A DNA stretch of 64,000 bases from Escherichia phage vB_EcoM_G2540. The DNA is taken from sequence record MK327936.1, one strand, 5' to 3'. Position numbers and translations under genes: made by a program. The notes under the pieces were generated by a model. The model saw only the letters and a list, made by a program, of their open reading frames with translations. It was not told the DNA's origin and searched no databases. Below, piece after piece: positions 9,001 through 20,948 of the stretch (position 1 is its first letter; each line of letters starts with the position of its first letter).

Positions 9001-9725
9001 TATAGTACCTTTAGTGTATTTTTAATTTTAGAAAAAAGTTCTTCAAGAGAACCATCGTTTGTAATTACTAAATCGCCATCACGAATTGGCAATCCAGCTT
9101 CTGTAATATGAGTATCATTGGATTTTTGACCAGGACGAACTACATGAATTACTGTAGCACCCATCGCCCTAGCCGCATCCATTTCATGATCTTGACGAGT
9201 ATCAGGAACGATATAATAATCATAACCTGAGTTAAATTTATCAAGATAATCTAAAGCAAATAATTTTACCCAGTACATGCGGTCGAAGTTATTAACAATC
9301 AAATCCGTACCTAGGGCTTGCATCAGACGACGGACTGACCATTGATCTTCAATATTATTTATAACGTCAATAATCTTGTTAAATGCTACGGAATTAACTG
9401 ATTCTTGTCCTTCGTCATCAAAAACAAACACACCCTTAATTGGGCTTTTACCGTTAAGATAGCAAAATGCTTGTTCCATAATCGTGATTACTTCTGATTT
9501 AGTCAGATTTAAATTAGTCTCACGATCATAGTCAATTCCTTCAAACTCTTTACGAGTTAAGCAAGGATAGTCAGTGTTTGCTGCAAATACTCCCCATGCA
9601 TAAGCCAATGCATCCTTAATAGGACCAGCAAGTTGGTATTTAACTGCAGAATAATTGCTCATGATAAAATCAGCAGTAGTATCTTTTCCACTACGCTTTA
9701 CACCGCTTAAAAAGATTAGTTTCAT
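9000..9725 (-). CDS. 1: gp1 deoxynucleoside monophosphate kinase
   Basis: P-loop MKLIFLSGVKRSGKDT at the start; start set at ATG with GAGGAG SD (9723-9725 rc) rather than the upstream in-frame ATG of the track. Confidence 0.9.
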
Positions 9726-9774
9726 GTGTTTCTCCTCAAATTTAATTAAGATTATAACACACAAAACTGAAGCA

Positions 9775-10305
9775 TTAAACTTCTGCTATAATTTTGCCAT
9801 CTTTTTCTACTTGAAAATACGTATAAGGAATCGTAGCTGTACATACTAAAGCCGGGTCTGAATCTTCCGTATAGCTAAATTCTACTTCAGATAGGTCAGA
9901 AACCCAAGGCTTATAAAAATTTATTGACATCACGATTTCAGTTTTGCTATTATCTAAGATGTAAAGCGTAATGTATTCAGGACCTGTTTTTTGGGCAGTA
10001 TTTTCACCTGTAAGATAGTTGCTAGTTCCTAGCATCCATTCATACATTCCTATCCATGATTTAAGTTCTTCATCAACTATAAATCTCACAATGAGTGGAT
10101 CATACTCGAATGTAACACCTGGACGTTGTGCTCGGCCCAGTCCAAACGGCCCAGTCACGGTATCAGTAACAGGTATTCTAATTCCTGGAATAGGAACTGA
10201 CTGAGCATTTAAAGTAAAAGCAGATGTAGTATTACTATGTGGTATTGATACTACAAAGTTAGTTGTATTTGCTTGGTTAAAAATTTGTTGCAGAGCTTGC
10301 GACAT
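9775..10305 (-). CDS. 3: gp3 tail tube terminator / sheath stabilizer
   Basis: 176 aa from MSQALQQIF... with GAGGA SD; position between genes 1 and 2. Confidence 0.85.
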   Translation of the reverse strand: MSQALQQIFNQANTTNFVVSIPHSNTTSAFTLNAQSVPIPGIRIPVTDTVTGPFGLGRAQRPGVTFEYDPLIVRFIVDEELKSWIGMYEWMLGTSNYLTGENTAQKTGPEYITLYILDNSKTEIVMSINFYKPWVSDLSEVEFSYTEDSDPALVCTATIPYTYFQVEKDGKIIAEV

Positions 10306-10411
10306 ATATTCCTCATAATGCTTTATAACTGTTAGTGGTATAATGGGTCTAAGTCCCTTCCATTCAATTCCATTTAGAATAAACAACAGAAAAGAATGGA
10401 AGATAATAGAA

Positions 10412-11236
10412 TTAGATATTTGACCAGACTTTGTTTGCAGAGAAACGTTTTCCTTTTGAAACGAACTGCTGAAGTGGCATCAACACAACGTTCGCCCAGT
10501 CTTTCGGGGCGATTTCAACAAGGCTACCCATAATATTACCAGGTATATATGCCTTAATCATTTGGTCTGCACCCCTAAATCCTTTCACTTGACTCCAATC
10601 AATTTTTAATTTCGTTTTATTAGTAATAGTAGGTGTATTTGCATATTGCTTTAAAAGCTCTTCTAGAAATTGCTGACGAGCTTTAGGTGGAATATAGTGC
10701 AAGTTCAATCCGTACATTAAATTATGCTTACCTAAACCAAGGTAAATTATCAAAGGAAATTTATCCCAGTAAGGAAGAGTTTCCTTGTGTTTAGCATCAT
10801 AAGCAAAAGCATATATTCGTCCCGGTTGCGGGCGAACAACTTTATGTCCTTTTACTTGCTTAATAGTTTCAGCAAACCACTTTCTGGTTTTATTATTAAT
10901 TGCTGCACCTTCATTACGAATTTTATCACGCAATGTTTGTCTGAATGAATTTATCATAAGCAGTTGTCTTTCTTGCTTATTGAGTTTATTCATTGGTTTT
11001 GATTCAAGCTTTTGAATCTTTTCAGCCGTTTTAATTCCTGAAGCATATTTTGACATTGCTGAAGTAAACGTAGAGTATTTGATTCCTCTTTCTTCAGCAA
11101 ATTGCTTTCCTGTCATTCCTTTTGCTTTGGCCTTTTTATATTCAAGACCTATCTGAATCCATTTCTTTTCGTTTAATGATTGCTTAACCTTTGGAACTTG
11201 GGGAGTGCTTTCATTAATTATTTGAAAAATAGCCAT
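10412..11236 (-). CDS. 2: gp2 DNA end protector protein
   Basis: 274 aa ORF, size and position match T4 gp2. Confidence 0.85.
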
Positions 11237-11688
11237 TATGCCCCCTTAAAGCCAAGAGCTCGTAATCCATCTTCTGTTAGAATTCTAAATTTTATTCCAC
11301 GCTTTTCAGCTAAAGATTGTGCTGCTTTCCATTTGTCAGTGTTCACAGACCAGGTATAAATTTCATTCATAAATCTTTTCTTCGCTGCGGTTGTTAGATG
11401 TGCTGGTTTAACTGGTGGTTGTGTTTCTTTTTTAGGTTTTATTTCAATAAAAAATTCTTGCCCAGAAGAATCTTTCATCCAAATATCCATGAAGTATCTA
11501 CGTTTTTTCCCTTCTGCATTACAAAAATAAGGAATTACTGCTGTTTCACTACCCCATGCAATAATTTCTGGATTTTTATCTAACCATTCAAAAAAGAATT
11601 TTTCCCAATTTGATCTATACGTAATTTTTTTAGGGTCACCTCTATACTTTGATATATTTTTAGGAACCCATTTTCCAGAATATGCCAT
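11236..11688 (-). CDS. 4: gp4 head completion protein
   Basis: 150 aa ORF, ATGA overlap with gene 2 start region; matches T4 gp4. Confidence 0.85.
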
Positions 11689-11699
11689 TGGATTCTCCT

Positions 11700-11722
11700 T
11701 ATAAATAGATAATATATTTATA
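11700..11722. promoter_or_regulatory. Divergent late promoters: TATAAATA on plus (11700-11707, gene 53) and on minus (11715-11722, gene 4)
   Basis: Exact TATAAATA matches on both strands in the 48-bp divergent intergenic region. Confidence 0.6.
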
Positions 11723-11735
11723 AACAGGAGGGCCC

Positions 11736-12326
11736 ATGCTCTTTACATTTTTTGATCCGATTGAATATGCGGCCAAAACGGTGAATAAAAACGCGCCGAC
11801 TATTCCTATGACAGATATTTTTAGAAACTATAAAGACTATTTTAAACGCGCTCTTGCGGGATACCGCTTACGTACTTATTATATTAAAGGTTCACCACGC
11901 CCGGAAGAATTAGCAAATGCTATATATGGAAATCCGCAGTTGTATTGGGTTTTATTGATGTGTAATGATAATTATGATCCGTATTATGGATGGATTACTT
12001 CGCAAGAAGCTGCTTATCAAGCATCTATACAAAAATACAAAAATGTAGGTGGAGACCAAATAGTATATCACGTGAATGAGAACGGTGAAAAATTTTATAA
12101 TTTAATATCATACGATGATAATCCATATGTTTGGTATGATAAAGGCGATAAAGCTAGAAAATATCCTCAATATGAAGGAGCGCTTGCTGCGGTCGATACG
12201 TATGAAGCGGCTGTTCTTGAAAATGAAAAACTTCGTCAAATAAAAATAATAGCAAAATCAGACATCAATTCATTTATGAACGACCTTATACGTATAATGG
12301 AGAAATCTTATGGAAATGATAAGTAA
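11736..12326 (+). CDS. 53: gp53 baseplate wedge protein
   Basis: 196 aa ORF following late promoter; order 4/53/5 as in T4. Confidence 0.88.
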   Translation: MLFTFFDPIEYAAKTVNKNAPTIPMTDIFRNYKDYFKRALAGYRLRTYYIKGSPRPEELANAIYGNPQLYWVLLMCNDNYDPYYGWITSQEAAYQASIQKYKNVGGDQIVYHVNENGEKFYNLISYDDNPYVWYDKGDKARKYPQYEGALAAVDTYEAAVLENEKLRQIKIIAKSDINSFMNDLIRIMEKSYGNDK

Positions 12327-14037
12327 TAACCTTAATTGGTTTGTTGGTGTTGTTGAAGATAGAATGGACCCATTAAAATTAGGTCGTGTTCGTGTTCGTG
12401 TGGTTGGTCTGCATCCACCTCAAAGAGCACAAGGTGATGTAATGGGTATTCCAACTGAAAAATTACCATGGATGTCAGTTATTCAACCTATAACTTCTGC
12501 AGCAATGTCAGGAATTGGAGGTTCTGTTACTGGACCGGTAGAAGGAACTAGAGTTTATGGTCATTTTTTAGACAAATGGAAAACTAACGGAATTGTCCTT
12601 GGCACGTATGGTGGAATAGTTCGCGAAAAACCGAATAGACTTGAAGGATTTTCTGACCCAACTGGGCAATATCCTAGACGTTTAGGAAATGATACTAACG
12701 TATTAAACCAAGGCGGAGAAGTAGGATATGATTCGTCTTCTAATATTATCCAAGATAGTAATCTAGACACTGCAATAAATCCCGATGATAGACCACTATC
12801 AGAAATTCCAACTGATGATAATCCAAATATGTCAATGGCTGAAATGCTTCGCCGTGATGAAGGATTAAGACTAAAAGTTTATTGGGATACCGAAGGATAT
12901 CCGACAATTGGTATTGGTCATCTTATCATGAAGCAGCCAGTTCGTGATATGGCTCAAATTAATAAAGTTTTATCAAAACAAGTTGGTCGTGAAATTACAG
13001 GAAATCCAGGTTCTATTACAATGGAAGAAGCGACAGCTTTATTTGAGCGTGATTTGGCTGATATGCAACGTGACATTAAATCACATTCTAAAGTAGGACC
13101 AGTCTGGCAAGCTGTCAACCGTTCTCGTCAAATGGCATTAGAAAATATGGCATTTCAAATGGGTGTTGGCGGTGTAGCTAAATTTAACACTATGTTAACT
13201 GCTATGTTAGCAGGAGATTGGGAAAAAGCATATAAAGCCGGTCGTGATTCATTGTGGTATCAACAAACAAAAGGCCGTGCATCCCGTGTTACTATGATTA
13301 TTCTTACGGGGAATTTGGAATCATATGGTGTTGAAGTGAAAACCCCAGCTAGGTCTCTATCAGCAATGGCTGCTACTGTAGCTAAATCTTCTGACCCTGC
13401 TGACCCTCCTATTCCAAATGACTCGAGAATTTTATTCAAAGAACCAGTTTCTTCATATAAAGGTGAATATCCATATGTTCACACAATGGAAACTGAAAGC
13501 GGACATATTCAGGAATTTGATGATACCCCTGGGCAAGAACGATACAGATTAGTTCATCCAACTGGAACTTACGAAGAAGTATCACCGTCAGGAAGAAGAA
13601 CAAGAAAAACTGTTGATAATTTGTATGATATAACCAACGCTGATGGTAATTTTTTGGTAGCCGGTGATAAAAAGACTAACGTCGGTGGATCAGAAATTTA
13701 TTACAACATGGATAATCGTCTTCACCAGATAGATGGAAGCAATACAATATTTGTGCGTGGCGATGAAACTAAGACAGTTGAAGGTAATGGAACTATCTTA
13801 GTCAAAGGTAATGTTACTATTGTAGTTGAAGGTAATGCTGACATTACAGTTAAAGGAGATGCTACCAATTTAGTTGAAGGAAATCAAACTAACACAGTAA
13901 ATGGAAATCTTTCTTGGAAAGTTGCTGGGACAGTTGATTGGGACGTTGGTGGTGATTGGACAGAAAAAATGGCATCTATGAGTTCTATTTCATCTGGTCA
14001 ATACACAATTGATGGATCGAGGATTGACATTGGCTAA
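12310..14037 (+). CDS. 5: gp5 baseplate hub / cell-puncturing protein with lysozyme domain
   Basis: 575 aa; internal lysozyme domain (EMLRRDEGLRLKVYWDTEGYPTIGIGHL) paralogous to gene e; C-terminal VxGxxxxx beta-helix repeats (VEGNGTILVKGNVTIVVEGNADITVKGD...). Confidence 0.95.
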   Translation: MEMISNNLNWFVGVVEDRMDPLKLGRVRVRVVGLHPPQRAQGDVMGIPTEKLPWMSVIQPITSAAMSGIGGSVTGPVEGTRVYGHFLDKWKTNGIVLGTYGGIVREKPNRLEGFSDPTGQYPRRLGNDTNVLNQGGEVGYDSSSNIIQDSNLDTAINPDDRPLSEIPTDDNPNMSMAEMLRRDEGLRLKVYWDTEGYPTIGIGHLIMKQPVRDMAQINKVLSKQVGREITGNPGSITMEEATALFERDLADMQRDIKSHSKVGPVWQAVNRSRQMALENMAFQMGVGGVAKFNTMLTAMLAGDWEKAYKAGRDSLWYQQTKGRASRVTMIILTGNLESYGVEVKTPARSLSAMAATVAKSSDPADPPIPNDSRILFKEPVSSYKGEYPYVHTMETESGHIQEFDDTPGQERYRLVHPTGTYEEVSPSGRRTRKTVDNLYDITNADGNFLVAGDKKTNVGGSEIYYNMDNRLHQIDGSNTIFVRGDETKTVEGNGTILVKGNVTIVVEGNADITVKGDATNLVEGNQTNTVNGNLSWKVAGTVDWDVGGDWTEKMASMSSISSGQYTIDGSRIDIG

Positions 14038-14566
14038 TATACTTCCAATGAGCGCTGATTTAGGAGAATCCATGGAAGGTTCTTCTATCGACGTCACCTT
14101 TACCGCTCAATTAGAAACAGGTGAAACGTTAGTATCTATAAATATAACTAGTTACGAAGAAACTCCTGGGGTTTTAGTAGAAGAAAATCGCTTATATGGA
14201 ACATATGAATCTGTATTTGGTTTCGGAAATGACGCGTTGAAATATCGTTTAGGCGATGAATTTAAAACTGCTGCTTCATGGGAAGAACTTCCTACTGATT
14301 CTGATACTCAGTTGTATTTGTGGAAAGCTCCTCAAAATCTCCAGAAGACATTCACTTACGAAGTAACATTAATATATGACTACCAAGAACAAAGTGAATC
14401 TGGAGGTTCTGGCAGTAATTCTAGGTCATCTTCTGATACTACTGAACCGACGGATCCTCCTGCTCCAGTAAGAAAAACTCTCGTTAAAAATTATACTAAA
14501 ACTATAGTTGGAAATTGGAGTCGTTGGGCTAATAAACTGAGAAGCTATGTATATGAGAGGCAATAA
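14009..14566 (+). CDS. 5.1: gp5.1-like hypothetical protein
   Basis: 185 aa ORF between 5 and 5.4; true start may be an internal Met just after the gene 5 stop. Confidence 0.6.
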
Positions 14567-14860
14567 ATGTCAGGATTAAGTTATGATAAGTGTGTTACTG
14601 CTGGCCATGAAGCGTGGCCTCCAACAGTTGTGAATGCTACACAAAGTAAAGTATTCACTGGAGGAATTGCTGTTCTCGTAGCAGGCGATCCAATTACAGA
14701 ACATACAGAAATTAAAAAGCCGTATGAAACACATGGCGGAGTGACACAACCTAGAACTTCTAAGGTATATGTCACTGGAAAGAAAGCTGTTCAAATGGCT
14801 GATCCAATATCATGCGGTGATACTGTGGCTCAGGCATCATCTAAAGTATTCATTAAATAG
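14567..14860 (+). CDS. 5.4: gp5.4 PAAR-repeat spike tip protein
   Basis: 97 aa, PAAR-like fold signature ([11 protein letters not shown]...ISCGDTV), directly after gene 5 region. Confidence 0.85.
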
Positions 14861-14868
14861 GATTTAAA

Positions 14869-16851
14869 ATGGCAAATACCCCTGTAAATTATCAATTAAC
14901 AAGAACAGCAAATGCTATTCCCGAGATATTCGTCGGGGGTACGTTTGCTGAAATAAAACAAAATCTCATTGAATGGCTTAATGGCCAAAATGAATTTTTG
15001 GATTATGATTTTGAAGGCTCAAGATTAAACGTTCTGTGCGACCTTTTGGCTTATAATACGCTGTACATTCAACAGTTTGGTAATGCTGCTGTGTATGAAA
15101 GCTTTATGCGTACTGCTAACTTACGAAGTTCAGTTGTTCAAGCTGCACAAGATAACGGATATTTACCTACTTCAAAATCCGCTGCGCAGACCGAAATTAT
15201 GTTAACATGCACTGACGCATTGAATAGGAATTACATTACAATTCCTCGCGGAACTCGCTTTTTAGCATATGCAAAAGATACTTCTGTTAATCCATATAAC
15301 TTCGTTTCTACCGAAGACGTTATTGCTATTCGTGATAAAAATAACCAATATTTTCCGCGTTTAAAATTGGCCCAGGGACGTATAGTAAGAACTGAAATCA
15401 TTTATGATAAATTAACACCTATTATCATTTATGATAAAAATATTGATAGAAACCAGGTTAAATTATATGTTGATGGAGCGGAATGGATTAACTGGACAAG
15501 AAAGTCAATGGTTCATGCTGGTTCAACATCAACGATTTACTATATGCGTGAAACTATTGATGGAAACACTGAATTCTATTTTGGTGAAGGTGAAATTTCT
15601 GTTAATGCTTCTGAAGGAGCTTTGACCGCTAATTATATCGGAGGTCTTAAACCTACTCAGAACTCTACGATTGTCATTGAGTACATCAGTACTAATGGCG
15701 CTGACGCAAACGGAGCAGTCGGATTTTCATACGCAGATACATTAACAAATATAACTGTCATCAATATTAATGAAAATCCAAACGATGACCCAGATTTTGT
15801 TGGGGCAAATGGTGGCGGTGATCCAGAAGATATTGAGCGTATTCGCGAATTGGGTACTATTAAACGCGAAACCCAGCAACGATGCGTAACTGCGACTGAC
15901 TACGATACATTCGTTTCAGAGAGATTCGGTTCTATTATTCAGGCAGTTCAAACTTTCACTGATTCTACTAAACCTGGGTATGCATTTATTGCTGCTAAAC
16001 CTAAATCAGGTCTGTATTTAACTACTGTACAACGTGAAGATATTAAAAATTATCTCAAAGACTATAATTTAGCTCCTATTACGCCATCAATTATTTCTCC
16101 TAATTATCTTTTTATTAAGACTAATTTAAAAGTCACATATGCTTTAAATAAACTGCAAGAATCCGAGCAGTGGCTTGAAGGTCAAATAATTGATAAAATT
16201 GATCGCTATTATACCGAAGATGTAGAAATTTTTAACTCGTCTTTCGCTAAATCTAAGATGTTAACTTATGTAGATGATGCAGATCATTCTGTCATTGGTT
16301 CATCAGCGACTATTCAAATGGTTCGTGAAGTACAAAACTTCTATAAAACACCTGAAGCAGGTATTAAATACAATAATCAAATAAAAGATCGTTCTATGGA
16401 ATCTAATACGTTTTCATTTAATTCTGGACGAAAGGTTGTAAATCCTGATACTGGTTTAGAAGAAGATGTATTATATGACGTTCGTATAGTATCAACAGAC
16501 CGAGATTCTAAAGGAATTGGTAAAGTTATTATTGGTCCATTTGCTTCTGGCGATGTTACAGAAAATGAAAACATTCAGCCATATACAGGCAATGATTTTA
16601 ATAAATTAGCAAATTCTGATGGACGCGACAAATACTATGTTATCGGTGAAATAAATTATCCGGCTGACATGATTTATTGGAATATCGCTAAAATTAATTT
16701 AACATCTGAAAAATTTGAGGTTCAGACTATTGAATTATATTCTGACCCAACCGATGATGTTATCTTTACTCGCGATGGTTCACTGATTGTATTTGAAAAT
16801 GACTTACGTCCACAATACTTAACTATCGATTTGGAGCCTATATCACAATGA
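14869..16851 (+). CDS. 6: gp6 baseplate wedge protein
   Basis: 660 aa; size and order match T4 gp6. Confidence 0.92.
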   Translation: MANTPVNYQLTRTANAIPEIFVGGTFAEIKQNLIEWLNGQNEFLDYDFEGSRLNVLCDLLAYNTLYIQQFGNAAVYESFMRTANLRSSVVQAAQDNGYLPTSKSAAQTEIMLTCTDALNRNYITIPRGTRFLAYAKDTSVNPYNFVSTEDVIAIRDKNNQYFPRLKLAQGRIVRTEIIYDKLTPIIIYDKNIDRNQVKLYVDGAEWINWTRKSMVHAGSTSTIYYMRETIDGNTEFYFGEGEISVNASEGALTANYIGGLKPTQNSTIVIEYISTNGADANGAVGFSYADTLTNITVININENPNDDPDFVGANGGGDPEDIERIRELGTIKRETQQRCVTATDYDTFVSERFGSIIQAVQTFTDSTKPGYAFIAAKPKSGLYLTTVQREDIKNYLKDYNLAPITPSIISPNYLFIKTNLKVTYALNKLQESEQWLEGQIIDKIDRYYTEDVEIFNSSFAKSKMLTYVDDADHSVIGSSATIQMVREVQNFYKTPEAGIKYNNQIKDRSMESNTFSFNSGRKVVNPDTGLEEDVLYDVRIVSTDRDSKGIGKVIIGPFASGDVTENENIQPYTGNDFNKLANSDGRDKYYVIGEINYPADMIYWNIAKINLTSEKFEVQTIELYSDPTDDVIFTRDGSLIVFENDLRPQYLTIDLEPISQ

Positions 16852-19800
16852 CAGTAAAAGCACCTTCAGTCACTAGTCTCAGAATTTCCAAGTTATCCGC
16901 AAATCAGGTGCAAGTACGCTGGGATGACGTTGGTGCTAATTTCTACTATTTTGTAGAAATCGCTGAGACAAAAACAGACTCGGGGGAAAATCTCCCGAGT
17001 AATCAATACCGATGGATTAATTTAGGATATACAGCAAATAATAGTTTCTTTTTTGATGATGCTGATCCACTAACATCATACATCATTAGAGTAGCTACGG
17101 CGGCGCAAGATTTTGAGCAATCTGATTGGGTTTATACAGAAGAGTTTGAAACTTTTGCTACGAATGCTTATACATTTCAAAACATGATTGAAATGCAATT
17201 AGCCAATAAATTCATTCAGGAAAAATTTACTCTTAATAATTCTGATTATGTTAATTTTAATAATGATACTATAATGGCTGCATTGATGAATGAATCGTTC
17301 CAATTCAGCCCATCATATGTTGATGTTTCATCAATCAGTAATTTTATTATTGGTGAAAATGAATATCATGAAATACAAGGTTCCATTCAGCAAGTATGTA
17401 AGGATATTAACCGAGTTTATTTGATGGAATCAGAAGGGATTCTATATCTTTTTGAGCGCTATCAACCCGTAGTTAAAGTATCTAATGATAAAGGACAAAC
17501 CTGGAAAGCTGTAAAGCTCTTCAATGACCGTGTAGGATATCCTTTATCTAAGACAGTATATTACCAATCTGCAAACACGACATACGTTCTAGGATACGAC
17601 AAGATTTTCTACGGCCGCAAATCTACTGATGTTAGATGGTCAGCTGATGATGTCAGATTTAGTTCACAGGATATAACATTTGCTAAACTTGGTGACCAAT
17701 TGCATCTAGGATTTGATGTAGAAATTTTTGCCACTTATGCGACTTTACCAGCTAATGTATACCGCATTGCAGAAGCTATTACTTGCACCGATGATTACAT
17801 TTACGTTGTCGCCAGAGACAAAGTTAGATACATAAAAACGAGTAATGCACCTATAGATTCTGATCCATTATCTCCGACATATTCGGAAAGACTTTTTGAA
17901 CCTGATACAATGACTATAACTGGAAATCCTAAAGCAGTATGCTATAAAATGGATTCTATCGGTGATAAAGTTTTTGCTCTTATTATTGGAGAAGTTGAAA
18001 CATTAAATGCCAATCCGAGAACATCAAAAATAATTGATTCTGTTGATAAAGGAATATATGTTTTAAATCATGATGAAAAAACATGGAAAAGAGTTTTCGG
18101 TAATACCGAAGAAGAAAGAAGACGTATTCAACCCGGATATGCGAATATGTCAACTGACGGTAAATTAGTTTCTCTGTCTTCGAGTAATTTTAAATTTTTA
18201 AGTGATAATGTTGTTAATGACCCTGAAACTGCAGCAAAATATCAGTTAATTGGCGCTGTTAAATATGAATTTCCTCGTGAATGGTTAGCTGATAAGCATT
18301 ATCATATGATGGCATTTATAGCGGATGAAACATCTGATTGGGAGACTTTTACTCCTCAACCAATGAAATACTACGCAGAACCGTTCTTTAACTGGTCTAA
18401 AAAATCTAACACACGTTGTTGGATAAACAACTCTGATAGAGCTGTAGTAGTTTATGCTGATTTAAAATACACTAAAGTTATAGAAAATATTCCGGAAACA
18501 TCACCAGATAGATTAGTTCATGAATACTGGGATGATGGTGATTGCACTATAGTAATGCCAAATGTTAAATTCACTGGATTTAAAAAATATGCGTCTGGGA
18601 TGCTTTTCTATAAAGCCTCCGGTGAAATAATTTCTTACTATGATTTTAACTATCGTGTGAGAGATACAGTAGAAATTATTTGGAAGCCAACTGAAGTATT
18701 TTTAAAAGCATTTTTACAAAACCAAGAGCACGAGACTCCTTGGTCACCAGAAGAAGAGCGTGGATTAGCTGACCCCGATTTAAGACCATTAATTGGCACA
18801 ATGATGCCTGATTCTTATTTGTTACAGGATTCGAATTTTGAAGCATTTTGCGAAGCATATATTCAATATCTTTCTGACGGATACGGAACTCAGTATAACA
18901 ATTTACGAAATTTAATTCGTAACCAATATCCACGAGAAGAGCATGCATGGGAATATTTGTGGTCAGAGATATATAAAAGAAACATTTATTTAAATGCTGA
19001 TAAACGTGATGCTGTTGCGAGATTCTTTGAATCGCGTAGCTATGATTTTTATTCTACTAAAGGAATTGAAGCATCATACAAGTTTCTTTTTAAAGTTCTT
19101 TATAATGAAGAAGTTGAAATTGAAATTGAATCTGGGGCTGGTACTGAATATGATATAATCGTTCAATCTGATTCTTTGACTGAAGATTTAGTAGGACAAA
19201 CGATTTATACGGCAACAGGAAGATGTAATGTTACTTATATAGAAAGAAGCTATTCTAATGGTAAATTGCAATGGACCGTAACTATTCATAATCTTTTGGG
19301 ACGATTAATTGCTGGTCAAGAAGTTAAAGCAGAAAGACTCCCTAGTTTTGAAGGCGAAATTATTCGTGGCGTTAAAGGAAAGGATTTGCTTCAAAACAAT
19401 ATAGACTATATTAATAGAAGTAGATCATACTATGTAATGAAAATTAAATCCAATTTACCTTCTTCCCGTTGGAAATCTGACGTTATTCGTTTTGTTCATC
19501 CAGTAGGATTTGGATTTATAGCAATTACCCTTTTAACGATGTTTATTAATGTTGGTTTAACTCTTAAACATACAGAGACTATAATTAATAAATACAAAAA
19601 CTATAAATGGGATTCTGGATTGCCTACTGAATATGCTGATAGAGTAGCTAAATTAACTCCAACCGGTGAAATTGAACATGATTCAGTAACAGGCGAAGCA
19701 ATTTATGAGCCTGGCCCAATGGCTGGTGTAGAATATCCTCTTCCTGATGACTATAATGCTGAAAATAATAATTCAATATTTCAAGGTCAATTGCCGTCTG

Positions 19801-19946
19801 AACGACGTAAATTAATGAGTCCTTTATTTGATGCATCTGGAACAACATTTGCGCAATTTAGAGATTTAGTTAATAAACGTCTAAAAGATAATATAGGAAA
19901 TCCAAGAGACCCTGAAAATCCAACACAGGTTAAAATAGATGAATGA
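16848..19946 (+). CDS. 7: gp7 baseplate wedge protein
   Basis: 1032 aa; size and order match T4 gp7. Confidence 0.92.
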   Translation: MTVKAPSVTSLRISKLSANQVQVRWDDVGANFYYFVEIAETKTDSGENLPSNQYRWINLGYTANNSFFFDDADPLTSYIIRVATAAQDFEQSDWVYTEEFETFATNAYTFQNMIEMQLANKFIQEKFTLNNSDYVNFNNDTIMAALMNESFQFSPSYVDVSSISNFIIGENEYHEIQGSIQQVCKDINRVYLMESEGILYLFERYQPVVKVSNDKGQTWKAVKLFNDRVGYPLSKTVYYQSANTTYVLGYDKIFYGRKSTDVRWSADDVRFSSQDITFAKLGDQLHLGFDVEIFATYATLPANVYRIAEAITCTDDYIYVVARDKVRYIKTSNAPIDSDPLSPTYSERLFEPDTMTITGNPKAVCYKMDSIGDKVFALIIGEVETLNANPRTSKIIDSVDKGIYVLNHDEKTWKRVFGNTEEERRRIQPGYANMSTDGKLVSLSSSNFKFLSDNVVNDPETAAKYQLIGAVKYEFPREWLADKHYHMMAFIADETSDWETFTPQPMKYYAEPFFNWSKKSNTRCWINNSDRAVVVYADLKYTKVIENIPETSPDRLVHEYWDDGDCTIVMPNVKFTGFKKYASGMLFYKASGEIISYYDFNYRVRDTVEIIWKPTEVFLKAFLQNQEHETPWSPEEERGLADPDLRPLIGTMMPDSYLLQDSNFEAFCEAYIQYLSDGYGTQYNNLRNLIRNQYPREEHAWEYLWSEIYKRNIYLNADKRDAVARFFESRSYDFYSTKGIEASYKFLFKVLYNEEVEIEIESGAGTEYDIIVQSDSLTEDLVGQTIYTATGRCNVTYIERSYSNGKLQWTVTIHNLLGRLIAGQEVKAERLPSFEGEIIRGVKGKDLLQNNIDYINRSRSYYVMKIKSNLPSSRWKSDVIRFVHPVGFGFIAITLLTMFINVGLTLKHTETIINKYKNYKWDSGLPTEYADRVAKLTPTGEIEHDSVTGEAIYEPGPMAGVEYPLPDDYNAENNNSIFQGQLPSERRKLMSPLFDASGTTFAQFRDLVNKRLKDNIGNPRDPENPTQVKIDE

Positions 19947-20943
19947 TTCAAGTGTTATCTATCGTGCGATAGTTACTTCAAAATTTAGAACAGAAAAAAT
20001 GTTGAATTTTTATAATTCAATTGGAAGTGGTCCGGATAAAAACACTATCTTTATCACATTTGGAAGATCAGAACCGTGGTCATCAAATGAAAATGAGGTG
20101 GGCTTTGCCCCACCTTATCCAACCGATTCTGTATTAGGCGTAACTGACATGTGGACGCATATGATGGGAACAGTAAAAGTTCTTCCATCAATGCTTGATG
20201 CAGTTATTCCTCGTCGAGATTGGGGAGATACTAGATATCCGGATCCGTATACATTTAGAATTAACGATATTGTAGTGTGTAACTCAGCTCCTTACAATGC
20301 TACTGAATCAGGCGCAGGCTGGTTAGTATATCGTTGTTTAGATGTTCCTGATACTGGAATGTGTTCAATAACATCTTTAACTGATAAGGATGAATGCCTC
20401 AAATTAGGTGGAAAATGGACACCTTCTGTTAGGTCAATGACTCCTCCTGAAGGCCGAGGAGATGCTGAAGGAACAATTGAACCTGGAGACGGATATGTTT
20501 GGGAATATCTATTTGAGATTCCGCCTGATGTATCTATAAATAGATGCACAAATGAATATATCGTGGTTCCTTGGCCTGAGGAATTAAAAGAAGACCCGAC
20601 TAGATGGGGGTATGAAGATAATCTCACTTGGCAGCAAGATGATTTTGGATTGATTTACCGAGTTAAGGCAAATACTATCCGTTTTAAAGCATATTTAGAT
20701 TCAGTTTATTTTCCTGAAGCTGCATTGCCAGGAAATAAAGGATTTAGACAAATATCAATAATCACGAATCCTCTTGAAGCTAAAGTTCATCCAAATGACC
20801 CAAACGTTAAAGCTGAAAAGGATTATTATGACCCAGAAGATTTAATGAGGCATTCGGGCGAAATGATTTATATGGAAAATAGGCCACCTATTATTATGGC
20901 AATGGATCAAACAGAAGAAATCAATATTCTGTTTACATTTTAA
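19939..20943 (+). CDS. 8: gp8 baseplate wedge protein
   Basis: 334 aa; overlaps gene 7 end; matches T4 gp8. Confidence 0.92.
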   Translation: MNDSSVIYRAIVTSKFRTEKMLNFYNSIGSGPDKNTIFITFGRSEPWSSNENEVGFAPPYPTDSVLGVTDMWTHMMGTVKVLPSMLDAVIPRRDWGDTRYPDPYTFRINDIVVCNSAPYNATESGAGWLVYRCLDVPDTGMCSITSLTDKDECLKLGGKWTPSVRSMTPPEGRGDAEGTIEPGDGYVWEYLFEIPPDVSINRCTNEYIVVPWPEELKEDPTRWGYEDNLTWQQDDFGLIYRVKANTIRFKAYLDSVYFPEAALPGNKGFRQISIITNPLEAKVHPNDPNVKAEKDYYDPEDLMRHSGEMIYMENRPPIIMAMDQTEEINILFTF

Positions 20944-20948
20944 ATTAA

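Noticed and set aside
12310-14037. Second lysozyme-like sequence; possible duplicated endolysin or prophage lysis cassette
   Set aside because: The lysozyme domain is an integral internal domain of baseplate hub protein gp5, as in T4, not an independent lysis gene.
14576-14794. Two overlapping minus-strand ORFs (72 and 64 aa) opposite gene 5.4
   Set aside because: Antisense to the PAAR-repeat gene, no RBS, Cys/Ser-rich artefactual translation.
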